NCBI GenBank assembly: GCA_012798185.1
Contig: JAAZNS010000037.1
Location: forward strand, 1-42,046
Reading direction: 5' to 3'
Source: Chloroflexota bacterium
Lineage (GTDB): Bacteria; Chloroflexota; Anaerolineae; Anaerolineales; UBA4823
DNA length: 42,046 nt
Below the pieces are notes generated by a model, which ran no database searches, had not been told where the DNA came from, and saw only the letters and a list, made by a program, of their open reading frames with translations. The translations under genes and the position numbers were made by a program. Each line of letters starts with the position of its first letter. Positions within the stretch are counted from its first letter, which is position 1. This document shows positions 18,102-26,835 of the stretch, piece by piece.

Positions 18102-18231
18102 TTTGTGCTCCTTTATAAAATTTATAGATCGGATAATTTATCAGCGCGGGAGGAATGCAAAAATGCTATTCCCGCAAATACACTCCATGGTTTTCAACAT
18201 CAGATACGAATTTTCACCATTAACATCTCTG

Positions 18232-19989
18232 TCATTGGTTTCCGTTTTTGCCTAATCTTGCCAGTATCGTCTCATATACCTGCGACACCGATAATGGTGT
18301 CCGCGGCAAGCTAAGCTCTTCCGGCAGCATCTGGCACAACTCGGTTATTTGGGGTGGAATAATATGTGCCCGGCGTACCAATTCCGGTCTGGCAAAAACC
18401 CGTTCGGTGGAATCATCGATCAGAATTTCACCCTCGCACATGACGATTACACGGCGGGCATATTCAGCAACTAAAGCCATGTGATGGGTAACGAATACGA
18501 TAGTTCTTCCCTCTTCATGCAGCGAGCGGGCTATCTGCATAATCTGGTGGCATCCCTTATAATCCTGTCCGGTGGTCGGCTCATCCAAAACGATCACCTC
18601 CGGATTCAAAGCCAGAGCTGAAGCGATGACCACCTTAGCCCGTTCTCCCTTCGATAACGCTGGAGGAAATTCTTTCCGCTGGGCTTCTAAACCCACCAGC
18701 TTCAGCGCCTGCTCAAGCCGATCCTTTACAGTAGCCTCATCCAGCCCCAGGTTGCGTGGACCAAACGAAATTTCATCTTCCACCGTCTCTGCAAATAATT
18801 GCTGATCCGGGTTTTGCAAAACAAAGCCAACATGCTGGGCAAGCTCTGCTACAGCGGTGGTTTTGGTATCCATACCGGCTACCATCACGCTGCCCGAAGT
18901 GGGTTTCAACAAGCCTAACAGATTCTTCAATACTGTGGTTTTGCCGGAGCCATTTTGCCCGATGATGGCAACAAATTCTCCTTTATGAACGTCAAAAGTG
19001 ACATTCTTTACTGCTTTTACATCCTGAGGTTGGTAAACATAATCCAGATCTTTAACGCTGATAATTACATCATTTTGGGGTTTAGCTTCTACGCCGGTTA
19101 CGGCCTCCGGCTCCCGTTTCGGCGGTGAAGCCGGTTTATCTGCCAGTAATTCGATGATTCCCTGGCAGCCTTCTTCCAAACTTACCGGGAAGCTTTTCAG
19201 GGGATGCCCCGCTTGGCTTAATTTCATTCCAAGCTGTGAAACCTGCGGGGCGCGGATCATCAACCGGGAAAACAAAGCTGTATCAGAAAAGATTTGCCGC
19301 GGCGTTCCTTCTGCCACCAGACTGCCTTTATCCAATACCAAGACGCGATCGGCAAGTTTCGCCACCTCTTCGCTTTGATCGGTTGTCATAACAATAGTCA
19401 TGCCATATTTCTGGTTTAGTTCCTTCACCAGTGTAAGCACTTCCACCACCCCCAGCGGATCGACCTGGGAAGTGGCTTCATCGAGCACCAGTATCGAAGG
19501 GCGCATGGCAAGCGCTGCAGCGATTGCCAGCCGTTGTTTCTGCCCGCCTGATAGAGCTGTCGGCAACCGGTCCTCATATCCGGTAAGCCTGACGACATCC
19601 AGCACCCAGCGGATACGTTCTTTGATCTCCTCTACCGGAGAATTCAGGTTCTCCGGGCCAAAAGCCACTTCTGACCTGACCGACGTAGTAAACAATTGCG
19701 TTTCTGGGTCATCCAATACAATACCCACCCGTGTCGCCAGTTCGGCAATCGACGCTTCTTTAGTATTTAAACCCCCAACAATCACATCCCCTTTTAATCG
19801 ACCGCCCAACGAATTAGGGATTATTCCAATGATTATCTGGCACAGCGTGCTTTTTCCTGCCCCATTTTCGCCCATCACGGCTACAAATTCGCCTGGTTTT
19901 ACCGAAAAATCCAAATTATTAATCACATATTTATCGGTACGTGCGTAGCGATAAGATACCTGTTTCAATTCGATAGCATTGTTTGTCAT
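18232..19989 (-). CDS. fused double-cassette ECF/ABC ATPase (A-A' fusion, YkoD-like architecture)
   Basis: Two complete cassettes: GENGAGKST / LSGGQKQR / ILVLDEAT and GQNGSGKTT / LSKGERAK / VIVLDEPT, 585 aa. Confidence 0.9.
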   Translation of the reverse strand: MTNNAIELKQVSYRYARTDKYVINNLDFSVKPGEFVAVMGENGAGKSTLCQIIIGIIPNSLGGRLKGDVIVGGLNTKEASIAELATRVGIVLDDPETQLFTTSVRSEVAFGPENLNSPVEEIKERIRWVLDVVRLTGYEDRLPTALSGGQKQRLAIAAALAMRPSILVLDEATSQVDPLGVVEVLTLVKELNQKYGMTIVMTTDQSEEVAKLADRVLVLDKGSLVAEGTPRQIFSDTALFSRLMIRAPQVSQLGMKLSQAGHPLKSFPVSLEEGCQGIIELLADKPASPPKREPEAVTGVEAKPQNDVIISVKDLDYVYQPQDVKAVKNVTFDVHKGEFVAIIGQNGSGKTTVLKNLLGLLKPTSGSVMVAGMDTKTTAVAELAQHVGFVLQNPDQQLFAETVEDEISFGPRNLGLDEATVKDRLEQALKLVGLEAQRKEFPPALSKGERAKVVIASALALNPEVIVLDEPTTGQDYKGCHQIMQIARSLHEEGRTIVFVTHHMALVAEYARRVIVMCEGEILIDDSTERVFARPELVRRAHIIPPQITELCQMLPEELSLPRTPLSVSQVYETILARLGKNGNQ

Positions 19990-20007
19990 TGCGCTTCACT
20001 CATCTAC

Positions 20008-20814
20008 TTATATAATTGCTGCGGCGACCAGAATTGCTATAGTACCCAGAGTCGAAGCAATCATAAAAAACCAGTCCATTGGGCTGAGTTTAATATCTTC
20101 TATATAAGTGCGGGTTTTCATCGCGCCAAATGCCCGCGCGTCCATTGCCACCGCCATAGATTGGGCGCGCCGCATTGCACCAATAACCAATGGCGTTACT
20201 AAAACAGGGTATGATTTCAGCTTGCTCCAAATACTACCTTTTTCGAAAGTGCTCATGGCGCGTAATTTCTGAGCGTCGACAATTACCCCGATTTCGCTTT
20301 GCAAAATCGGCACCATGTTCAATGCCGCAGTGATTGTATAAGACAACCGGTATGGCAACCCCATGCGCACCATGCCCAAAGCCAGAATATGAACCGGCGT
20401 CGTCATGCTCACCAGCGGGAGCAAGATGACCATTGCCAGCAGGCGGAACATAAGCAAAACGGCAAATAAAATGCCCTCCAGGTTTACCTGCCCCATGCCG
20501 CCGATTAGTGGAATGAATTTGGGAATAAGCGGTTTTATGATCGGCGTAACCCCAGGGTAAAGAAGCGCCTGCACGATGAACAAAAAAATGAACACCGGCA
20601 AAAGGGCTTTCAGAAAGCCATAAACAATAGATGCAGGCAGCCGCGCCAGCAACCATAAAGCAACCATAACCACTAAGATAATGCCGGAAAGATACAGATT
20701 TTGAACAGCGAAAATAACTGTACTTACCAGCACCATAAAGACGATCTTGGTACGGGGATCTAGTTTATGGAAGAAAGTCTGCCCGGGAAAATATACAACA
20801 AGCGATTTACTCAA
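20008..20814 (-). CDS. ECF transporter transmembrane (T) component, CbiQ/EcfT family
   Basis: 268-aa multi-TM protein with FFHKLDPRTK N-terminus and AMDARAFGA coupling motif. Paralog of 5464-6270. Confidence 0.85.
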   Translation of the reverse strand: MSKSLVVYFPGQTFFHKLDPRTKIVFMVLVSTVIFAVQNLYLSGIILVVMVALWLLARLPASIVYGFLKALLPVFIFLFIVQALLYPGVTPIIKPLIPKFIPLIGGMGQVNLEGILFAVLLMFRLLAMVILLPLVSMTTPVHILALGMVRMGLPYRLSYTITAALNMVPILQSEIGVIVDAQKLRAMSTFEKGSIWSKLKSYPVLVTPLVIGAMRRAQSMAVAMDARAFGAMKTRTYIEDIKLSPMDWFFMIASTLGTIAILVAAAII

Positions 20815-20834
20815 TGAAAAATCCTCCGTGACGA

Positions 20835-22169
20835 TTAATATCGAAAAACTGCCCGGTTGGTATAAAGAGGCGCTTCGATAGCATCAACTTCGTCTAAGAT
20901 CGCCTCTTCATCGCAATTCACCAGCTTACGCTCCCGCATCACCACTTTTCCGTCGATAATCGTATCGCGCACGTCATTAGCCTTGGCGCAAAAAACCAGC
21001 TGCTCGATCAACCGGTCAGGGTGAAGAGGCCGTAAATGGGCACCTTTTAATTCTACGATTGCCAAATCTGCCAGCTTGCCCGGCTCGATTGTGCCTGCTT
21101 CCAGCCGGCAAACAGCTGCTGGAGCAACAGTTGCCATGCGAAAAGCATCGGCGGCGCTGAGGGCGCCGGCGTCATTATTGGAAACACGGGCTAACATAAT
21201 CGCTGCCCGCATCTCTTCCCACATATCCAATAAATCGTTAGAGGCAGCGCCATCGGTTGCAACGCTGACCGGAATTTGACGATTTATCATGGAGACAACC
21301 GGAGCAACGCCATCGGCAAGTTTCATATTGCTCTTTGGGCAGTGCACCACGTGGCAGCCCGAATCGGATAAGATTTGGATATCACGGTCGGAGACATGCA
21401 CACAATGCACAGCGCTTGTCCGGGAAGATAAAAGCTCTAGCCGATTCAAGCGCTCCACCGGCGTCATACCCCACTCATCCAGCGATTCTTTGACCTCACT
21501 AGCAATTTCCGAAACATGGATTTGAATCCCCAAATCCAGCGCTTCTGCCTGGTCGCGGCACCACACCAGTAAATTATCGTCACAGAGAAAAGGTGTGGAA
21601 GGCGCCACAAAAGCCTGTATCAATCCACCAGGTTCATGCCAGCGGTTAATAAACTGCAGCACTTTGCGGTGAGTTTCTTCATCCGAGGGATGGAATTCTT
21701 CTGGAATCCAACGGTTGGAAATGGTATAACCCGCTACCGAGCGAAAACCCAAATCACGCCAGGCATCCAATGTAGCATCTACGGTCAAATCCATATCCAG
21801 GCAGCAAGTAATCCCCCCTTTGATCATCTCGATAGCCGCTGCGGCAGACCATAAATATGCTGCCCGGTAATTATTGGTCTCAAACCCGCTGCGCAGCGCT
21901 CCAACCGTAGGAAATAAGACTTCATTGCACCAGGGTACCAGCGGCAAGCCAGGCGAGACACCCTTTAGAAAATTCTGGTAAAGGTGAGTATGGGCGTTGA
22001 TTAATCCCGGCATGACCACACAACCGCGGGCATCGATTTCGATCGAGTCATCGGGCGCAGGGATATTTTTCCCCACCGCTGCAATGCGCTTCCCGGAAAT
22101 GAGCACATCGCAGTCTTGCTCAATATGTTCCGGGTTACAAATGAGATAAGAAATTTTGCGAATGATCAT
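20835..22169 (-). CDS. COG0402-type metal-dependent amidohydrolase (MtaD / nucleobase-nucleoside deaminase / chlorohydrolase-like)
   Basis: INAHTHLYQ metal motif, HVSE, VHCVH, ATDGAASN, 444 aa. It is the first gene of the minus-strand array. Confidence 0.85.
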   Translation of the reverse strand: MIIRKISYLICNPEHIEQDCDVLISGKRIAAVGKNIPAPDDSIEIDARGCVVMPGLINAHTHLYQNFLKGVSPGLPLVPWCNEVLFPTVGALRSGFETNNYRAAYLWSAAAAIEMIKGGITCCLDMDLTVDATLDAWRDLGFRSVAGYTISNRWIPEEFHPSDEETHRKVLQFINRWHEPGGLIQAFVAPSTPFLCDDNLLVWCRDQAEALDLGIQIHVSEIASEVKESLDEWGMTPVERLNRLELLSSRTSAVHCVHVSDRDIQILSDSGCHVVHCPKSNMKLADGVAPVVSMINRQIPVSVATDGAASNDLLDMWEEMRAAIMLARVSNNDAGALSAADAFRMATVAPAAVCRLEAGTIEPGKLADLAIVELKGAHLRPLHPDRLIEQLVFCAKANDVRDTIIDGKVVMRERKLVNCDEEAILDEVDAIEAPLYTNRAVFRY

Positions 22170-22228
22170 GTATTGTTGAGAAAATTAATTAATAGGTCAG
22201 CGTGACATTTGCTCATAACATTTGATCG

Positions 22229-22266
22229 TTCAGTATCATCATAGTAACATTAATTAATACTGAACA
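22229..22266. promoter_or_regulatory. inverted repeat GTTCAGTAT-N20-ATACTGAAC, candidate operator
   Basis: Perfect 9-bp arms (22229-22237 and 22258-22266) read from the sequence. The arms bracket the candidate minus-strand promoter. Confidence 0.4.
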
Positions 22267-22270
22267 CAAC
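22242..22270 (-). promoter_or_regulatory. candidate promoter for the minus-strand array (TTGTGT-17 nt-TACTAT)
   Basis: Hexamers read on the minus strand about 70 nt upstream of the ATG at 22169. Confidence 0.3.
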
Positions 22271-22377
22271 TAGACGAATGTAATTCTCATTTTGTGATTT
22301 ATGTCATATTTGGGGTTGGTTTTTAGGGCGGTTTTTATTATTACATTCACTATTACTTTACAATAATCAAACATTAC

Positions 22378-22406
22378 TTGACAAAGCTTCTTCTCACCTA
22401 TATACT
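22378..22406 (+). promoter_or_regulatory. candidate sigma70-type promoter TTGACA-17 nt-TATACT for the XRE-cupin/AOR operon
   Basis: Consensus -35, 17-nt spacer and a near-consensus -10, about 70 nt upstream of the ATG at 22476. The -35 is overlapped by one copy of a repeated ATTAC(T/A)T motif (22340, 22352, 22373). Confidence 0.5.
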
Positions 22407-22475
22407 ATTTAAAAATATAATGCTGCCTCTTTTTATTGCCCTTTGCTGTCCATACGATTGAAAGGGAACTAATTA

Positions 22476-23012
22476 ATGATCGGAAAAAAGATATACGATC
22501 GCAGAAAAGAACTCAATATTAGCTTACGCACCCTGGGAAAGATGACCAATCTTTCTGCCAGTTTTTTAAGCCAGGTTGAAAACGACCTGACTTCACCTTC
22601 CATAAGCTCGCTGCAAGCGATTGCCACTGCTCTGCGAATCCCCATGTTCACTTTCCTGGACGACGACAACCAAACCGAAGTGGTGGTCCGCCGAGATGCA
22701 CGAAAAAAATTAAGCTTCCCACACTCACATATCGTCTATGAGCTGCTTACCAGCGATCTATCCCGCCAGATGATGGCTTTCTTGGTTCGGCTGGAGCCGG
22801 GGGCGCGTTATCAGGCGCAAAGGTTATATCGCCCCACTGAAGAATTGATGTATGTATTACAAGGCGAAATGGACATCTGCATTGGAGAACGGATTTATCG
22901 TTTGAATACAGGGGATTGTATCTACTACGACGGAATGCAATTGAAAGAATATACTTCGGTAGGTGAAAAAGAATTGTGTGTTCTGTGTTCCATGACTCCC
23001 CCTGCGCTCTAA
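22476..23012 (+). CDS. XRE-family HTH + C-terminal cupin domain transcriptional regulator
   Basis: N-terminal HTH_3 pattern (IYDRRKELNISLRTLGKMTNLSASFLSQVEN) and a C-terminal cupin beta-barrel-like region (EELMYVLQGEMDICIGE...GDCIYY). Confidence 0.85.
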   Translation: MIGKKIYDRRKELNISLRTLGKMTNLSASFLSQVENDLTSPSISSLQAIATALRIPMFTFLDDDNQTEVVVRRDARKKLSFPHSHIVYELLTSDLSRQMMAFLVRLEPGARYQAQRLYRPTEELMYVLQGEMDICIGERIYRLNTGDCIYYDGMQLKEYTSVGEKELCVLCSMTPPAL

Positions 23013-23030
23013 ATTTACGGGAAAATTATC

Positions 23031-24929
23031 ATGCCGCTGACTGCTTTCATTGACCTGACACGTTCAAAGATAACTATTGAAACCACCAATCCAGACTTGA
23101 TCCGGCGCTGGCTGGGCGGCCGCGGGTTAGGAGCAAGCCTTCTATACAAGTACGTTCATCCCAGCACCGACGCTTATTCTCCCGATAATTGCATCATATT
23201 TACCAGCGGGATCTTTAATGGCACCTCCTGGCCAACCGCTTCTCGATATCATGTCACCTTTAAATCCCCTGCCACCGATGCATATGGGTATGCCAATTCG
23301 GGCGGATTTTTCGGACCGGAATTACGCCGTGCGGGCTTCGATGCCTTGGTAATCACCGGCAAAGCTCCCGCACCGGTATTTCTGCGCATCATCGATCAGG
23401 ATATCCAAATTCATTCTGCACTGCATTTGTGGGGACTTCCAACATCGCAAACCGAGGATACTTTAGTTTCCGAAGCAGGCGGCAGGGTAGCAGCGATCGG
23501 TTTGGCAGGTGAAAACCTAGTGCGAATGGCTGCAATTATCAATGATAAGGGCAGAGCCGCTGCCCGAACGGGGCCAGGCGCTGTGATGGGCAGCAAAAAC
23601 CTGAAAGCCATCCAGATCATCGCCAGCGCTAAAGGACTGCCCACCTCGTCCGAATTCCATAATTTGACTAAACAAGCCTCTGACCGGCTGATCCACAGCC
23701 CAGATACCCAAGGGCTGATGAACAGCTCAACTTTGGTGCTCATGGCGATAAAGAATAAGATCGGCGATCTTCCAGCGAAAAATCACCAATACGGTCAGGT
23801 GCCATTTATCGATTCGCTGGATGATAAATCATTTAGTAATTACTGGACACGCCGCAAAGGCTGTGCTGTATGTTCTATTCGCTGCTCCCGGCAATCGGAG
23901 CTAAAAGACGGCGACCAGGTTATAAAAATCGAAGGCCCTGAATACGAAACCGCCGATTCATTCGGTCCGCTATGCTGGAATCCCGACCCCGAAGTAGTTA
24001 TTAAAGCAAACGCCCTGTGCAACGATTATGGGTTAGATAGTATATCAACCGGCGTCACCATCGCCTTTGCTATGGAATGCAATGAGCATGGCATTCTGAA
24101 TGACGATGATTTCTCGCTAGAGTGGGGTGATCCGCAAACCATACTCGGGTTAATCCAAAAAATCGCCGAACGCCAAGGCTTGGGCAGGCTGCTCAGCGAA
24201 GGTACGCTGCGCGCTGCCCGGCAGATCGGCAACGGTGCCGAGCAGTTTGCTATGCAGGTAAAAGGGGTGGAAATGCCCCGCCAGGAACCGCGCATCGCCA
24301 AAGCCTTTGGGCTGGGGCATGCCACCGGCAACCGTGGCGCTGACCACCTCTATGCTCTTCCCACTATCGATCTGGCAGGTCATTGGGAAGCTGCCCGGAA
24401 AATTTTCCCCAATGAAACACTGCCCTCCCTGATGGATATTGCCGATGAAACCTATAAAGCAGATGTTGTTATCTATGGCGAGAATTTTTGCGCCATCATC
24501 GATTCACTGGGCTTATGCAAATTCAGCACTGCCGAAACTTATGTGATTATGCCTGATGATCTAGCACAGGGGCTTCAGGCACTAGGGTTTGATTTTACCG
24601 GAGAAGAACTAATGGCGATCGGCGAACGGATCGTCAACTTGGAACGCCTTTACAACCAGAGGCATGGTTTCAATAAAAGACAGGATATCTTACCAGAGCG
24701 TTTCACCCAAGAAACGCTACCGGTTTTTTCATTTATTCGCAGCTCAGCCAACGAACCTTTACGGCAATCAAAAGAACCTATTGCTGTTGGTCTGATTTAC
24801 GATTTTGAAGCCATGATCAACCGCTACTATCAGCTGCGCGGCTGGGACGATCAGGGTCTACCCACCCCGCAAACACTGGCACGGCTGGGGATTAGCGATC
24901 TGGCTGTGAATAGAGGCAATTCATCATGA
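23031..24929 (+). CDS. aldehyde:ferredoxin oxidoreductase (AOR) family tungsto/molybdopterin enzyme, paralog 1
   Basis: 632 aa with [4Fe-4S] motif CAVCSIRC plus DSLGLC, and pterin-binding region EPRIAKAFGLGHATGNRGADHL. ATGA overlap with the next gene. Confidence 0.9.
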   Translation: MPLTAFIDLTRSKITIETTNPDLIRRWLGGRGLGASLLYKYVHPSTDAYSPDNCIIFTSGIFNGTSWPTASRYHVTFKSPATDAYGYANSGGFFGPELRRAGFDALVITGKAPAPVFLRIIDQDIQIHSALHLWGLPTSQTEDTLVSEAGGRVAAIGLAGENLVRMAAIINDKGRAAARTGPGAVMGSKNLKAIQIIASAKGLPTSSEFHNLTKQASDRLIHSPDTQGLMNSSTLVLMAIKNKIGDLPAKNHQYGQVPFIDSLDDKSFSNYWTRRKGCAVCSIRCSRQSELKDGDQVIKIEGPEYETADSFGPLCWNPDPEVVIKANALCNDYGLDSISTGVTIAFAMECNEHGILNDDDFSLEWGDPQTILGLIQKIAERQGLGRLLSEGTLRAARQIGNGAEQFAMQVKGVEMPRQEPRIAKAFGLGHATGNRGADHLYALPTIDLAGHWEAARKIFPNETLPSLMDIADETYKADVVIYGENFCAIIDSLGLCKFSTAETYVIMPDDLAQGLQALGFDFTGEELMAIGERIVNLERLYNQRHGFNKRQDILPERFTQETLPVFSFIRSSANEPLRQSKEPIAVGLIYDFEAMINRYYQLRGWDDQGLPTPQTLARLGISDLAVNRGNSS

Positions 24930-26299
24930 TATTCGACCTGGTCATAAGCGGCGGAAAATTAGTTACGGCAAGTACAACGTATACCTCTGATATTGGTATT
25001 AACGGTGAAACAATCGCTGCAATTGGCGAGGGACTGCAGGGAAAAGAGGTCATCGATGCAAGGGGTAAACTGGTGATCCCTGGCGCTATCGACCCTCACG
25101 TGCACCTGGAAATGCCGGTTGGCGATACCTTTTCCGCCGATGACTGGGCAAGCGGCACTCTCGCAGCTGCCTGCGGTGGTGTGACGACTGTGATTGATTT
25201 CGTCGAGCCCGAACCAGACGAAGTCCTTATTGCTGCACTGCAAAAACGCCTGGAGTCTGCTAAGGGTAAGGCTGTCATTGACTATGGCTTGCACATGACC
25301 CTGCGCAACGATCACCCCGATACTTTAAACCAGATACCTGCTGTAGTTGCTGAAGGCTGCCCGTCATTCAAAACTTACCTCACCTATGAGGGTTTTGCAT
25401 TGAGCGATAAAGCATTTCTCAACGTGTTAGAAGCAGTGGGTAAAGCGCGTGGTATGGTGCTGGTGCATGCAGAAAATGATGCTATTGTCTCCTATTGCAC
25501 TCGACAAATGATCGAGAAGGGAAAAACATCACCAGGCGCTCATGCATTGGCAAGACCTGCCATTGCCGAAATGGCAGCAATCCAAAACTCCTTAGCGCAT
25601 GCAGAAGTGACCGGAACGCCGCTCTATATTGTCCATATTTCCACAGCCGGCGGCACATCAGCCCTGGAGGCTGCCCATTTACGCGGGATAACCGCCTACG
25701 GCGAAACCTGCCCTCAATATCTCACCCTGACTGAAGACAAGTACGATCTGCCCAATTTCGAAGGAGCAAAATATGTCTGCTCACCGCCGCTGCGCCAAAA
25801 AAATGATCAAGAAACCTTATGGCGGGGATTGGCGAAAGGCGTACTGCAAACCGTGGGCAGCGATCACTGTCCCTTTAATTTCAATGGACAAAAGGATAAA
25901 GGCAGAGATTCCTTCGTTAACATTCCGCCCGGCTTGCCAGGCATCGAAATTCGCCTGGCACTGCTGTTTACTTTTGGGGTTAAGAAAGGGCATATTTCAA
26001 TAAACCGCTGGGTAGATTGCTGCGCATCCAGCCCAGCACGCTTATTCGGGTTATACCCGCGCAAAGGTCATTTGATCCCCGGCGCTGACGCCGATATCGT
26101 GATTTTCGATCCCGATAAAGAGATCGTTGTAACGAAGGCGGTACTTCACGAACGCGTTGACTACACACCCTACGAAGGTATAAAACTTCAGGGCTACCCG
26201 GTGATGACCATATTACGTGGAAAATCCTTAGTCATCGAAAATGAATATATTGGAACCGCTGCACATGGTCAGTTCCTAAAACGGCAGGTATACCAATGA
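24926..26299 (+). CDS. dihydropyrimidinase / D-hydantoinase family cyclic amidohydrolase
   Basis: 457 aa with DPHVHLE, SFKTYLTY (carboxylated-Lys context), VHAEN, YIVHIS and GSDHCPF. Confidence 0.9.
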   Translation: MIFDLVISGGKLVTASTTYTSDIGINGETIAAIGEGLQGKEVIDARGKLVIPGAIDPHVHLEMPVGDTFSADDWASGTLAAACGGVTTVIDFVEPEPDEVLIAALQKRLESAKGKAVIDYGLHMTLRNDHPDTLNQIPAVVAEGCPSFKTYLTYEGFALSDKAFLNVLEAVGKARGMVLVHAENDAIVSYCTRQMIEKGKTSPGAHALARPAIAEMAAIQNSLAHAEVTGTPLYIVHISTAGGTSALEAAHLRGITAYGETCPQYLTLTEDKYDLPNFEGAKYVCSPPLRQKNDQETLWRGLAKGVLQTVGSDHCPFNFNGQKDKGRDSFVNIPPGLPGIEIRLALLFTFGVKKGHISINRWVDCCASSPARLFGLYPRKGHLIPGADADIVIFDPDKEIVVTKAVLHERVDYTPYEGIKLQGYPVMTILRGKSLVIENEYIGTAAHGQFLKRQVYQ

Positions 26300-26835
26300 A
26301 GCGTCTGGTAATCTATCCCGAATTATGCAGCGGGTGTTCTGCCTGCGAAGTTTTTTGCTCTCTTCACCATGAAGGCAAGGTCAATCCCGAGCTTTCCCGC
26401 ATTCATGTAATCAAAGATGAAGCACACGCGGCATTTCTCCCGGTCGTTTGTGTATCCTGTAAAAATAAAGCCTGCCTGGCAGCCTGCCCTGAGCAGGGAG
26501 CAATTTATATCAATCACCTGGGTATGACGGTGATCGAAGAAACGCTGTGTACCGGCTGCAGTAAATGCGCACAAGCTTGTGAAATTCACGCCATCCGGTT
26601 TTTCAAGCAAAGCGGGCGTGGAAAATGGGGTAAAGCATTTTGTTTTAAATGCGACCTTTGTGCAGGTGACCCTATCTGTGTTAAAGCCTGTCCGCAGGGC
26701 GCGTTGGCTGTCAAAGATATCGCGGATGACGGCGAGGCAGCACAAAATCTCTATGAACAGCTTCGCCAGGAATGCACACGCATCATCGAGTGGCTGGACG
26801 AACGCAGCCTGGTGAAAAATCGGAGGGCTGTATGA
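26296..26835 (+). CDS. four-cluster 4Fe-4S ferredoxin-type electron-transfer subunit (AorA/DmsB-like)
   Basis: Four Cys motifs: CSGCSACEVFC, CVSCKNKACLAACP, CTGCSKCAQAC and CFKCDLC...CVKACP. ATGA overlaps on both sides. Confidence 0.9.
   Translation: MKRLVIYPELCSGCSACEVFCSLHHEGKVNPELSRIHVIKDEAHAAFLPVVCVSCKNKACLAACPEQGAIYINHLGMTVIEETLCTGCSKCAQACEIHAIRFFKQSGRGKWGKAFCFKCDLCAGDPICVKACPQGALAVKDIADDGEAAQNLYEQLRQECTRIIEWLDERSLVKNRRAV

Noticed and set aside
26772-26831. Upstream in-frame extension of AOR2 (track start MHTHHR...)
   Set aside because: It lies inside the ferredoxin gene. The ATG at 26832 has a GGAGGG RBS and the ATGA coupling used throughout this operon, and MTFVYKGYGG matches the usual AOR N-terminus.
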